Assembly (NCBI GenBank): GCA_963846575.1
Contig: CAWJWJ010000002.1
Location: forward strand, 2,112,001-2,176,000
Origin: an uncultured Nitrospiraceae bacterium
Lineage (GTDB): Bacteria > Nitrospirota > Nitrospiria > Nitrospirales > Nitrospiraceae
DNA: 64,000 nucleotides
Reading direction: 5' to 3'
Below are positions 18,431 to 26,827 of the stretch, one piece after another; within the stretch, counting starts at the first letter, position 1, and every line of letters begins with the position of its first letter. Below the pieces are notes generated by a model. The model was given only the letters and a program-made list of their open reading frames with translations. It was not told the DNA's origin and ran no database searches. The translations under genes were made by a program, and so were the position numbers.

Positions 18431-19393
18431 CTAGACCACGAACATGTCTTGTTCAGCCCATGCCGGGGCCGCGTTCTTGGCAGCGCTCGTGAGGGCAATG
18501 TAGCCCTTCTTGTCGACGCCTTGCGGGAGATCTTTGGGAACACCCATCACGGTCTGGGTCTTGAACACGGTCCCCGGTGCCAGGTCGAAAAAGGGGAATT
18601 CAGGCTCCGTGCAGCCCAGGCATGGCATGCCGGCACGCGTTTTCGAGGATTGCCGGTTCCACAGTATCCGGTTGCAGGGAGAGTGCGTCATGGGTCCGCG
18701 GCAGCCGAGGTCATAGTAGAGGCAGCCTTTGCGTTGTCCGAACTCGGTGGCGGACACTTTGTAGGCGAAGTGCATGTTGCGGGTGCAACCGGTCTGCGTG
18801 AAGCTTTGGAAAAAGGTCTTGGGTCGCTGAAACTCGTCGAGGCCGATGTCGCCTCCGCGGCCGGTGGCGACGGCGACGACGATTTGCGTGATCCAGTCCG
18901 GATGGGCGGGGCAGCCGGGAATATTGATGACAGGGAGACCGGCTTTGGAGCGGAAGTGCTGTCCAAGAAATCCACCATGGCTTCGTTTGAGAAACTGCAA
19001 GCCTTGCGAGTCGCTCGGGTTGGGGGCGGTCGCGGGGATGCCGCCCCAGGTCGCGCAATCGCCGACGGCCACCACAAAATTGGCCGCGTCGGCCAGTTCC
19101 TTGACCCACTGTTTCATGGCACGGCCGGCAAATCGATTCCACTCCCCCGTTCCGTTGGGGGCATTGACCACGGTGCCTTCAAACACGAAGATGTCCAGGA
19201 CGATCTTGCCGGAGATGCAGTCCTTCAGAATCCGCTGAAGATTGTCTCCCAGTTCCACGCCCAGAGAAGGATGCCAGAGCACGTTGATGCCAAAATCCGT
19301 GACAAGGTCGCAGGCACTGGGCTCTTCTGCATTCAGGAAGGACATCGTGTTACCGGAGCAAGCCCCGCCTTGTAACCAGAGTAGATTTGCCAT
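18431..19393 (-). CDS. hucS: Group 2a [NiFe]-hydrogenase small subunit (HucS/HupS), cytoplasmic
   Basis: MANLLWLQGGACSGNTMS, GDCA, PGCPAHP, FTQTGCTR, GCRGP, PCLGC; no Tat signal or membrane anchor. Confidence 0.95.
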   Translation of the reverse strand: MANLLWLQGGACSGNTMSFLNAEEPSACDLVTDFGINVLWHPSLGVELGDNLQRILKDCISGKIVLDIFVFEGTVVNAPNGTGEWNRFAGRAMKQWVKELADAANFVVAVGDCATWGGIPATAPNPSDSQGLQFLKRSHGGFLGQHFRSKAGLPVINIPGCPAHPDWITQIVVAVATGRGGDIGLDEFQRPKTFFQSFTQTGCTRNMHFAYKVSATEFGQRKGCLYYDLGCRGPMTHSPCNRILWNRQSSKTRAGMPCLGCTEPEFPFFDLAPGTVFKTQTVMGVPKDLPQGVDKKGYIALTSAAKNAAPAWAEQDMFVV

Positions 19394-19590
19394 GATGCAG
19401 TCCTCCGTTCGATCAGGTCGAGAATGAAGACGGTCGACTCATTGCCATGAAGATGCAACAATCGGGCACATCAGCCGTCACCGGAAGTCCGAACAGAGGG
19501 AGCGAGGATTACGTAACAATAAGCGATTGTTAGGAGCTGAGCCGAGTCGGAAGGCTCGAACGATGCACAGGATGGATGTGGTAACTATCT

Positions 19591-19607
19591 TTGCAGGAGG
19601 CCAGCCA
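19591..19607 (-). promoter_or_regulatory. Sigma54 -24/-12 promoter candidate for hucSL
   Basis: Minus strand TGGCTGGCCTCCTGCAA fits GG-N10-GC; about 200 nt upstream of hucS; the adjacent gene is a sigma54 activator. Confidence 0.5.
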
Positions 19608-19608
19608 T

Positions 19609-19625
19609 TGCATAAGGACTATGCA
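19609..19625. promoter_or_regulatory. Palindrome TGCATA-N5-TATGCA (TGCA-N9-TGCA)
   Basis: Perfect 6-bp inverted repeat abutting the -24 box; same geometry as 14951-14967. Confidence 0.5.
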
Positions 19626-19890
19626 TGTCTTTATCGGCTAACCTTCCTATCCCTTGCGACTGCCACAGACGGGACATTGGACTTCCAGCGTGTACCCGTA
19701 CCAGGTTCCCTGACAGCGGCTACACCAGTGGCCGTTCGTCTACTCCTCGGCTAAGCCGAGCTGACGCGCGAGCGGAGTCGTCCCCAATTCACGGATGGGA
19801 CCGGTTGATTCGGACAGGCCGGACGAGGGGCGTTCCTGCGCCCGGAATGATCTCCAGAGACGGTGGCTGTCATCAGCTGCGTCGCGGCGC

Positions 19891-21378
19891 TCACGGTCGT
19901 CTGGCTTCGACATGCGGCGCTCCTCCGGCATGAGCAGTCGTCAGGTTGTATCGGCGAATCTTATTGGCCAACCCCACCCGCGACAAGCCCAGCTCCCTGG
20001 CCACCTTACTCTGGTTCCAACGGAACTGCAGGAGTGCCTGGGTCAAGATCTGCACCTCCAAACGCTCCACCTTTTCCTTGAGCGTCCCGCCGCTGTGGAT
20101 CAAACCGGCTTCGCGCTGTCGCGGATCCGGGGCGACGATTGCGGCCAGGTCATCAGATAAATGGTCGAGCGCGAGGAACTCTCCGTGGCCTGCCAGCGAC
20201 ACCATCCGCCGGACCTCTGTTTCCAGTTCGCGCACATTCCCGGGGAACGGATAGGCCTGCAGCTGTCGCAGGACCTGTACTGTCATGCCCGCCACATGGC
20301 GATTGGTGAGTTGCGCATACTTTCTCGTGAAGTATTCGGCCAGTACGGCGATATCCTCGACCCGCTGGCGTAATGGAGGAATGTTCACTTCGAACCCCCG
20401 GAGGCGGTAATAGAGATCCCGGCGAAACCGGCCCGTCTCGACAAGCTCTTTGAGCGGTCGACTCGAAGCCGCGAGAATCCTCACATCGGCCCGCCGGGTT
20501 TTCTCCGACCCGAGCGGTTTGACCTCTCCCTCTTGCAAGACCCTCAGAAGGCTCACTTGGAACGAAGGCGACACTTCGGAAATTTCATCAAGGAACACCG
20601 TGCCTCCGTCCGCCGCGACGAACAGGCCGAGCCGGTCGCCGACCGCCCCCGTGAATGCCCCGCGCTTGTGTCCGAATAATTCCGATTGCAGGAGATCGTC
20701 CGGCAGGGCTCCGCAATTTTGCGCGAGAAACGGAAAGGCTGTGCGCTGGCTGAACCCGTGGATGGCACGCGCCATGAGTTCCTTCCCTGTGCCGGTTTCC
20801 CCCTGGATGAGCACGGGCAGGTCGGTGGCCGCTGCCTTCCGGGCCAGATTGCACACCTCCAGCATGGAATCGCTGGCAAAGACGAGCTTATCGAATTCAT
20901 AGCTGTCCCGGATGAGTCGGGTCACATTTTCTTTGTGGTTGCGAAAGGCGCCGTCGGACAGCTTCAGATCACGGCTCAATTTGCGGTGCCGCCGCGACAG
21001 CTCCCGACTTTCCAGGGCCCGGTCGATCAGCAGCCGCAGATGCCACGGAGGACAGGGCTTGGGAATCACTTGATAGACCGCGGCCTCCTGAATGATTTTC
21101 ATGACATCGGGGTAGTCGCGCGATTCCGTCACCAGCACTCGAATGACGTCGGGGTACCGCACCCGCGCCTCGTGATAAAAATCCACTCCGTTAACATCGG
21201 GAACACCGTCGTCGAACAGAATCAGATCGATCTTCTCGTCGGCAAGCGTGGCCCAGGCCTCCATCCCCGACTTTACTCCGAGCACACGGTAGTCATGTTT
21301 GAGAAAGGTTGCGAGGGTCCTGCGGACAGTAGGATCCGCTTCGACGATCAGGAGGGTTTCCTCGTCACGGCGTGACAT
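19891..21378 (-). CDS. hoxA: Sigma54-dependent response regulator, HoxA/HupR-like
   Basis: REC domain, AAA+ domain (GETGTGKE, ELFGHKRGAFTGA, FLDEI, RFRRDLYYRL, PGNVREL) and Fis HTH (WNQSKVARELGLSR); GAGGAG RBS before ATG 21378. Confidence 0.85.
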   Translation of the reverse strand: MSRRDEETLLIVEADPTVRRTLATFLKHDYRVLGVKSGMEAWATLADEKIDLILFDDGVPDVNGVDFYHEARVRYPDVIRVLVTESRDYPDVMKIIQEAAVYQVIPKPCPPWHLRLLIDRALESRELSRRHRKLSRDLKLSDGAFRNHKENVTRLIRDSYEFDKLVFASDSMLEVCNLARKAAATDLPVLIQGETGTGKELMARAIHGFSQRTAFPFLAQNCGALPDDLLQSELFGHKRGAFTGAVGDRLGLFVAADGGTVFLDEISEVSPSFQVSLLRVLQEGEVKPLGSEKTRRADVRILAASSRPLKELVETGRFRRDLYYRLRGFEVNIPPLRQRVEDIAVLAEYFTRKYAQLTNRHVAGMTVQVLRQLQAYPFPGNVRELETEVRRMVSLAGHGEFLALDHLSDDLAAIVAPDPRQREAGLIHSGGTLKEKVERLEVQILTQALLQFRWNQSKVARELGLSRVGLANKIRRYNLTTAHAGGAPHVEARRP

Positions 21379-21751
21379 ACAACTCTCCTCGCAGGACGAC
21401 AAGAGGATGTACAGTCTAGCAACCAAGACGTGCTCGATCAAGCTGAGCACCTGCAGCCCTATCACGTCAGGGGCCGATGAATTCAGACCGGGAGGAAATC
21501 CCCCCACAGGCCATTGGCCGGCAAAGCGAACGACCATGCCATGATGCGGGAACCTCGCTCAGGATAAACTACATTTCTGAGGGTCTGGTCAGGTCCGCTG
21601 CGTTTGAACTGAATATCAATGGTTAGTCGCCCGAGGTCTGAACTCAGGAGTCGTCCAGGGAGTTCACCACCTGTTTGGCCCTCAGGCGCGACAGGATAGG
21701 TCTCCATCTCATGACCTGTCACGGCAGGTCTCTACGTAGCACTTCATCGGC

Positions 21752-21780
21752 TTGTCCTCACTCCCGGATCGGGGTATGAT
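21752..21780 (+). promoter_or_regulatory. Sigma70 promoter giving a probable leaderless transcript
   Basis: TTGTCC, 17 nt, TATGAT, then 6 nt to ATG 21787; no SD sequence. Confidence 0.5.
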
Positions 21781-21786
21781 CCAGAC

Positions 21787-22002
21787 ATGACGAATGAATG
21801 GTCCAAAGAAAAGCCGGCGCATACCGGATTCTACTGGTACAAAGATGCGACCCGCCAGCCTGCTGACGCTCAGCCCTATGTCACCATCGTCGAAGTTGTC
21901 ATCTGCGAGGATTCCTTCGTGGCGGAACTTGGCAAAGAGGGTGATGAGGACCTGGAAAGATTCAGCGGCGAATGGATGGGTCCGCTGGATGTCCCCCAAT
22001 GA
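21787..22002 (+). CDS. Small acidic hypothetical protein
   Basis: 71 aa; W...KP...GFYWY and EWMGPL motifs; promoter directly upstream. Confidence 0.7.
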   Translation: MTNEWSKEKPAHTGFYWYKDATRQPADAQPYVTIVEVVICEDSFVAELGKEGDEDLERFSGEWMGPLDVPQ

Positions 22003-22225
22003 ACTGACGGCTCGGCCAGTTCACCGACGCAGGCTGGTACCGGGAACCGCGACTGGCCCCAAGAGGAGTATCTCCCTCCATGCGCCGGGCGTCTGAAATT
22101 TTTGGTAGGCTCCACGCCTGGTGCGCGGGTCGGGGTGATCTTGACAGGGTTCTGAATGCCACCGCTGGGGACCGCACCGCATGGATGACTGCAGGGATTG
22201 TGATCTGGACGATGGAGGCAACAGA

Positions 22226-22468
22226 ATGAGCGACCATCTCCCTTTCAGCCATCGAGGGTATGTGCTCACGATTCGTTCCCACGAAGCCCCCCAGGGAGGA
22301 TGGATTGCCGACGTCGCGGTAGAAAGAGTGACCGACGACAAGGTAGACCGCCATACCGTGACATGGGATCCGGACCACCCTCTGGCGACCAGGGACGCAG
22401 CGATTGCGGGCGCCAAACAACTAGCCATCGAATGGGTCGATGCCCAGTTCACGCCGACCGGCAATTGA
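22226..22468 (+). CDS. Small hypothetical protein
   Basis: GGAGG RBS 7 nt before ATG 22226; protein-like sequence ending AKQLAIEWVD. Confidence 0.65.
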   Translation: MSDHLPFSHRGYVLTIRSHEAPQGGWIADVAVERVTDDKVDRHTVTWDPDHPLATRDAAIAGAKQLAIEWVDAQFTPTGN

Positions 22469-22688
22469 CGAAACGCACCTGTGCGAAGGCTCCATTCTCG
22501 CGAACGATTAGGCGAACAGGACCATAGCAGCGAGATTCGTCCGGAACATGAGCACCCGGGCACCCTGCCCGATCAAACCAGCGGTCATCATCCTGAACGT
22601 GACCAACGGCAGACCATTCGTCTCAGTCGTGATGGCACGTCTCGAAACGAAGTCCTCAAAAACCAGTCGTGCTGGAAGTCTCTGCCTG

Positions 22689-22860
22689 TTACCGCTGGAA
22701 CAGCATGAACTGTTCCCGTCTTCGAGTTATTGTTGTGGCAGCCATGTGCATTTGAGCCAGTTCCGAGCCCGGTCCGCTGAGGGCAATCGCTGCCTCAACT
22801 TCCTTCTTTGCCTGATCCGGTAAACCTCTCTGACCATAACCGATTCCGGTGTAATACCGG
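22689..22860 (-). pseudogene. Possible remnant of a TPR-protein C-terminus
   Basis: Start-less frame RYYTGIGYGQRGLPDQAKKEVEAAIALSGPGSELAQM resembles one TPR repeat. Confidence 0.3.
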
Positions 22861-23215
22861 ACAGTCCGGGTCAGGGCTCGGCTGCGTGCCTCGCACGGGA
22901 GAACAGGGCTCGCGATTCATCGTATGACTTGAGTTGCTGAGAAGCGAGTCTCTTAGAATATCAATCAAGAGAGTTATCCGGAGACAGCCGCTCCGCAGAG
23001 GCAAGGGCGCGTATGGATTTGTGTGACTTGCAGAGGCCGACTTGGGCGCTCCCCGACCCCGGCAACCCACGGACAGAATCAGGCTCGTAGGTGACCCGCC
23101 GTGAATCACGTATGGCGCATGGCGTGTGTTGCGCGCATGCATGACGACTCTGCTCAAATCAGCCTGGGCGTGCGTTCTGCCGGTTTGGTCACGACCGGCG
23201 GAGACAGACAAATCT

Positions 23216-24559
23216 TCAATGGCCCTCCTGACAGGTCTGGAAAGGGCCCAGGGTGACGCGGTAGGCATCCGAGTGGTTAAACTGCGGCAGGGTGAAGGAG
23301 ACTGTATCTTCGACCGGCAGGTCACGATCCAGCATCAAGACCGGGGCCTCGAGAGGACCCGATCCCACATCCGGAATTTGCTCGGCACATAGATGCAGGG
23401 TGCTACCTGGACGAGTCGCAAAGATCTGCCCGACGTTCTGAAGAAGAATTTTCGTTTCATCCCCGGAGCGTTCGTCATACTTGCCCAATAATAACCGGAG
23501 GGTGCCTGGTGCCTTGTCGAATGCCGCGAGGGCATGCAGGCCAGGATTGTCGGTCATGGTATAAAGGCGCACCCCCTGCATATCAGCGTAGGTCTTATAG
23601 ATGTGCCAGGTCGGCCGTTTTGACTGCCGGTCCACATAGAGCAGACCGTCCAGCGTGGGGTTATCACAGGTATTCTCGACCCAGTCTCGGCTGGTGTCTT
23701 GAGGATCCGGCCAACAGGCGCGCATTGCGCTCAGGACATCGGCTCGTTCGTATGCGGCAATCACCCCCGCGGTGTACCCGGCATTAGTCCAAGACTCCTG
23801 CCCGAGCACTTCATTCACCGAAATCGGGCGTTCAAGGCCCTGGGCTTTGAGGTAGGCCCGCAGATCGTGCACAAACTCGAGGGCTCCCGAAGGATGTCCA
23901 TACTCATGATAGGCCACGACATCCGGGAATACCCCTCGCTCGCGACTCCATTCCAGAAAGGGCTTGAGCAGCCGATATCGGCTCACACTCGGTCCGACAA
24001 TCAGGGCGTGAGGCAGCCGTTCCTTGATCCGCCGGTAGGCCAGCCGCCACCCTTCTTTCAACCGTTCATTCTCATTCATCGGAACAGCCGCAAGATCAGG
24101 CTCGTTATAGATATCCCACAACACCGACAGCTTTCGCTCAATCACCTGGTCAACGATGTGATCGACATGGGCCAGCCAGGGAGAAAAATCGCCGTCGCGC
24201 CCAATTTGATTGATATCAAAAATCTGTAGCGCGAGATGATGGAACACCAGTCCCAGGGTGAGTTGAAACTCCGTGACCCCTGCCTCTTTCAGCCGGTCAT
24301 AGTTGTGAAAGATATACCCGGCGTTCCCTCGAAAACTGGTCGGTTTCAACGGCAGAATCAAATCCATGGACGGTTGGGACGGCTCGATGCTGACCAAATA
24401 CCCGTTGGCACGATGATTCATCGGCCCTTGCTCCACAGCGAGATCGACCGTGATCGTACCGGCCCAGGTCCCCGTCACGTTCCACCAGAACATGCCACAC
24501 ATCAGAAGACTGACGGCGGCACCCACACGTCGGAGTCTGTCGGTCGAGCGTCGCAGCAC
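23216..24559 (-). CDS. Secreted glycoside hydrolase, GH39-like (clan GH-A)
   Basis: Signal peptide; WDIYNEPD acid/base motif, IVGPS, AYHEY, ISVNE nucleophile; C-terminal beta-sandwich. Confidence 0.75.
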   Translation of the reverse strand: MLRRSTDRLRRVGAAVSLLMCGMFWWNVTGTWAGTITVDLAVEQGPMNHRANGYLVSIEPSQPSMDLILPLKPTSFRGNAGYIFHNYDRLKEAGVTEFQLTLGLVFHHLALQIFDINQIGRDGDFSPWLAHVDHIVDQVIERKLSVLWDIYNEPDLAAVPMNENERLKEGWRLAYRRIKERLPHALIVGPSVSRYRLLKPFLEWSRERGVFPDVVAYHEYGHPSGALEFVHDLRAYLKAQGLERPISVNEVLGQESWTNAGYTAGVIAAYERADVLSAMRACWPDPQDTSRDWVENTCDNPTLDGLLYVDRQSKRPTWHIYKTYADMQGVRLYTMTDNPGLHALAAFDKAPGTLRLLLGKYDERSGDETKILLQNVGQIFATRPGSTLHLCAEQIPDVGSGPLEAPVLMLDRDLPVEDTVSFTLPQFNHSDAYRVTLGPFQTCQEGH

Positions 24560-24637
24560 GGGTCCTCACGCTATGCGCAATCAATGCAAACCTGGTTGTA
24601 CTGCGTGAGGCGAGGGAGGGTCAAGATGGGGACGGGA

Positions 24638-25831
24638 TCACCCTCCGGTGCAAAGTGCACGCCATCGGGGAAGCCGCGACAGCAGATGTTCTCGTGCGAT
24701 ATAGGTCTGATCGAGGCCGGTCAATTCCCCGGCACCTTCGCCAACCCGCTTCTCCATCTCCGCCAGGGCATTTGCCGCATGGAGAGCCGTGACCGCGCCA
24801 AACCCCGAGGCAATATACTCGCCGGGATGGTGGTGATAGGCGAGCGCCTCGACAATTCCGTCACTCAGTCCCCAGATCCCCAACAAATAGGCGCCGACGT
24901 GGGCATGATCAGCTCCGAACACTTCTCGCTCCGCGACCCAATCGGAAACCCCCGTGGAACGGACAAGTTGCAGCACGCGCCCGTAGTCATCCGGCCGGTT
25001 GGCCACCAACACCAACACGCCGACGTCATGTAACAGCGCGGCGGTGAACGCCTGGTCTACGACCTGCGGACTTGCGCCTTCCTCCTTCGCAATCCGGCGC
25101 GCGTAGGTGCCAGTCAGCATCGCATGCCGCCACAACTCGTCGAGTGAAAACGATGACAGCTTCGCCTGATCGAACTGAGCGAACACCTGGCTCGAAAGCA
25201 CCAGCGACTTAATGGTATCGAACCCCAGGAGCGCGACGGCCTGTTCAGGATCTGAGACATGGGTACGAAGCCCAAAGAAGGCGGAATTCACCAATTGAAG
25301 GATCTTCGTGACCATTCCCAGGTCTTTTGCCACGATGCGGGCGGCCTTCTTCAATGATGCTTGCGGGGCTTGCATTTCCTGCATCAGTTCCTGATAGATC
25401 GACGGTAGACTGGGGAGAGTCTGAATCTCATTGACCAGGTTGCGGAGCGCCGGGTTACCCAGCACCGCGCGCAAGGCCTCAGCCTGATCAATCGTTGATT
25501 TCAATACCGCGGTATCGAAGGGCTTCTGAAGAAACCGATGGGCAACCGAAGCGGAACGCACGTAGTTATAGGGACTCTGATCCCCAGAGAGAATAATGCG
25601 AATAGCCTGCGGACAGGCTTTGCAGACTTCTCCCAGGAATTTGGCGCCATCCATCCCTGGCATGATCATATCCGACACGACCACATCACAGGGTGCCTCG
25701 CGGATCGCGGCCAAGGCCGGCGTGGCTGCATCAAAAAACTGCATCTGCCACTCGGTTTGCATAGGAGCCAACAATCGACGCAGGTGCTGTAAAATCTCCG
25801 GCGCATCATCGACAAAGATCACACGACGCAT
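24638..25831 (-). CDS. Response regulator with REC and HDOD domains
   Basis: FVDD, VVSDMIMPGMDG, ILSG, LQKP; HDOD motifs LPSLP, LVNSAFFG, ALLHDVG, HHHP; exact start uncertain. Confidence 0.92.
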   Translation of the reverse strand: MRRVIFVDDAPEILQHLRRLLAPMQTEWQMQFFDAATPALAAIREAPCDVVVSDMIMPGMDGAKFLGEVCKACPQAIRIILSGDQSPYNYVRSASVAHRFLQKPFDTAVLKSTIDQAEALRAVLGNPALRNLVNEIQTLPSLPSIYQELMQEMQAPQASLKKAARIVAKDLGMVTKILQLVNSAFFGLRTHVSDPEQAVALLGFDTIKSLVLSSQVFAQFDQAKLSSFSLDELWRHAMLTGTYARRIAKEEGASPQVVDQAFTAALLHDVGVLVLVANRPDDYGRVLQLVRSTGVSDWVAEREVFGADHAHVGAYLLGIWGLSDGIVEALAYHHHPGEYIASGFGAVTALHAANALAEMEKRVGEGAGELTGLDQTYIAREHLLSRLPRWRALCTGG

Positions 25832-25967
25832 CATCATCTCCCCTCGAGCCATCTGTCCCATCTCCTCATCGGTTGATCCAATCACAAGCTTAAATTGAAC
25901 CACCAGGAACTTTCTAAGCCGGTACCAGCGCAGGGAGACGAATTGGCCATATGGACGCAGCTGTTTT

Positions 25968-25989
25968 AAAACGTACGGGCGCCGTACGT
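25968..25989 (-). terminator. Possible intrinsic terminator after gspG
   Basis: 8-bp stem ACGTACGG-N3-CCGTACGT followed by a short U run on the minus strand. Confidence 0.35.
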
Positions 25990-26108
25990 GATGGCAGTTC
26001 TACGAGGAGTGACCTGCCGGCCTCGGAGTGGAATCTCGGCCTAGAGATCGCGAGTAGTGAGGGAGGTCGTCCAAGGGAGGCTACTACGGAACGGCACGGG
26101 ACAGGAGA

Positions 26109-26654
26109 TTAGTTACGATCGAGGTCCCAACTGACAATGTCCGCGTTTTTTCCCTCTCCGCCAGGCGTGCCGTCGGCCCCGAACGAAATGATCTCGAACT
26201 CTCCGCCCTGCGTCGAAGGAGTCGCGTACTTATAGTCAAAGCCCCAGGGATCGGCCGGCACTTTGGGCAGGTAACCACCGGTTTTCCAATTGGGCGCGGG
26301 TGGGCCCGTGGAAGGGCGGACGACGAGAGCCTTTAGCCCCTGCTCGGTCGTGGGCAGGTCGCCATTGTCGAGCTTATAGAGCTGCAACGCGCCTTCGATG
26401 TTCGAAATTTGAGCTTTCGCGGCCGCCCGCTTGGCATCTTCGGTCCGACCCATGACTCGGGGAATCAAGAGTGTCGCCAGGATAGCGAGAATCACCACGA
26501 CGATCATCACCTCGATGAACGAGAACCCGTCGCAGCGCTGCAGCCTGAGTGTCCAAAAACGCGAAAGACCGATCCTGCTGTTCTGGCAGTTGCCGGAAAA
26601 GTTATGACGTTGGGGCCAACCCATGTGCCGGATGCTCCTTTGCGAATATTTCAC
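26109..26654 (-). CDS. gspG: Type II secretion major pseudopilin GspG
   Basis: G/FSFIEVMIVVVIL prepilin motif; YKLDNG..PTTEQGL.AL; PADPWG; SFGADG..GGEG.NADI; start uncertain. Confidence 0.93.
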   Translation of the reverse strand: MKYSQRSIRHMGWPQRHNFSGNCQNSRIGLSRFWTLRLQRCDGFSFIEVMIVVVILAILATLLIPRVMGRTEDAKRAAAKAQISNIEGALQLYKLDNGDLPTTEQGLKALVVRPSTGPPAPNWKTGGYLPKVPADPWGFDYKYATPSTQGGEFEIISFGADGTPGGEGKNADIVSWDLDRN

Positions 26655-26827
26655 ATTGCGGGAAGGTCCGAATAAACTCGGATTGTAACAGAGATTCCAA
26701 ACAGACGCTGCGCCACCTTCCGAGTCTCGTTTACGGTCAGAACCTCAGCGGTCACTCGTGCATTCATGGGCAGCGGTCCGTAGGATAGTCCGGCGGTATC
26801 TGATGATCAACCGTTGCCGCGTCCTCC

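Noticed and set aside
23120..23134. GG-N10-GC sigma54-like element on the plus strand
   Set aside because: Poor -12 context, and no plausible plus-strand gene downstream.
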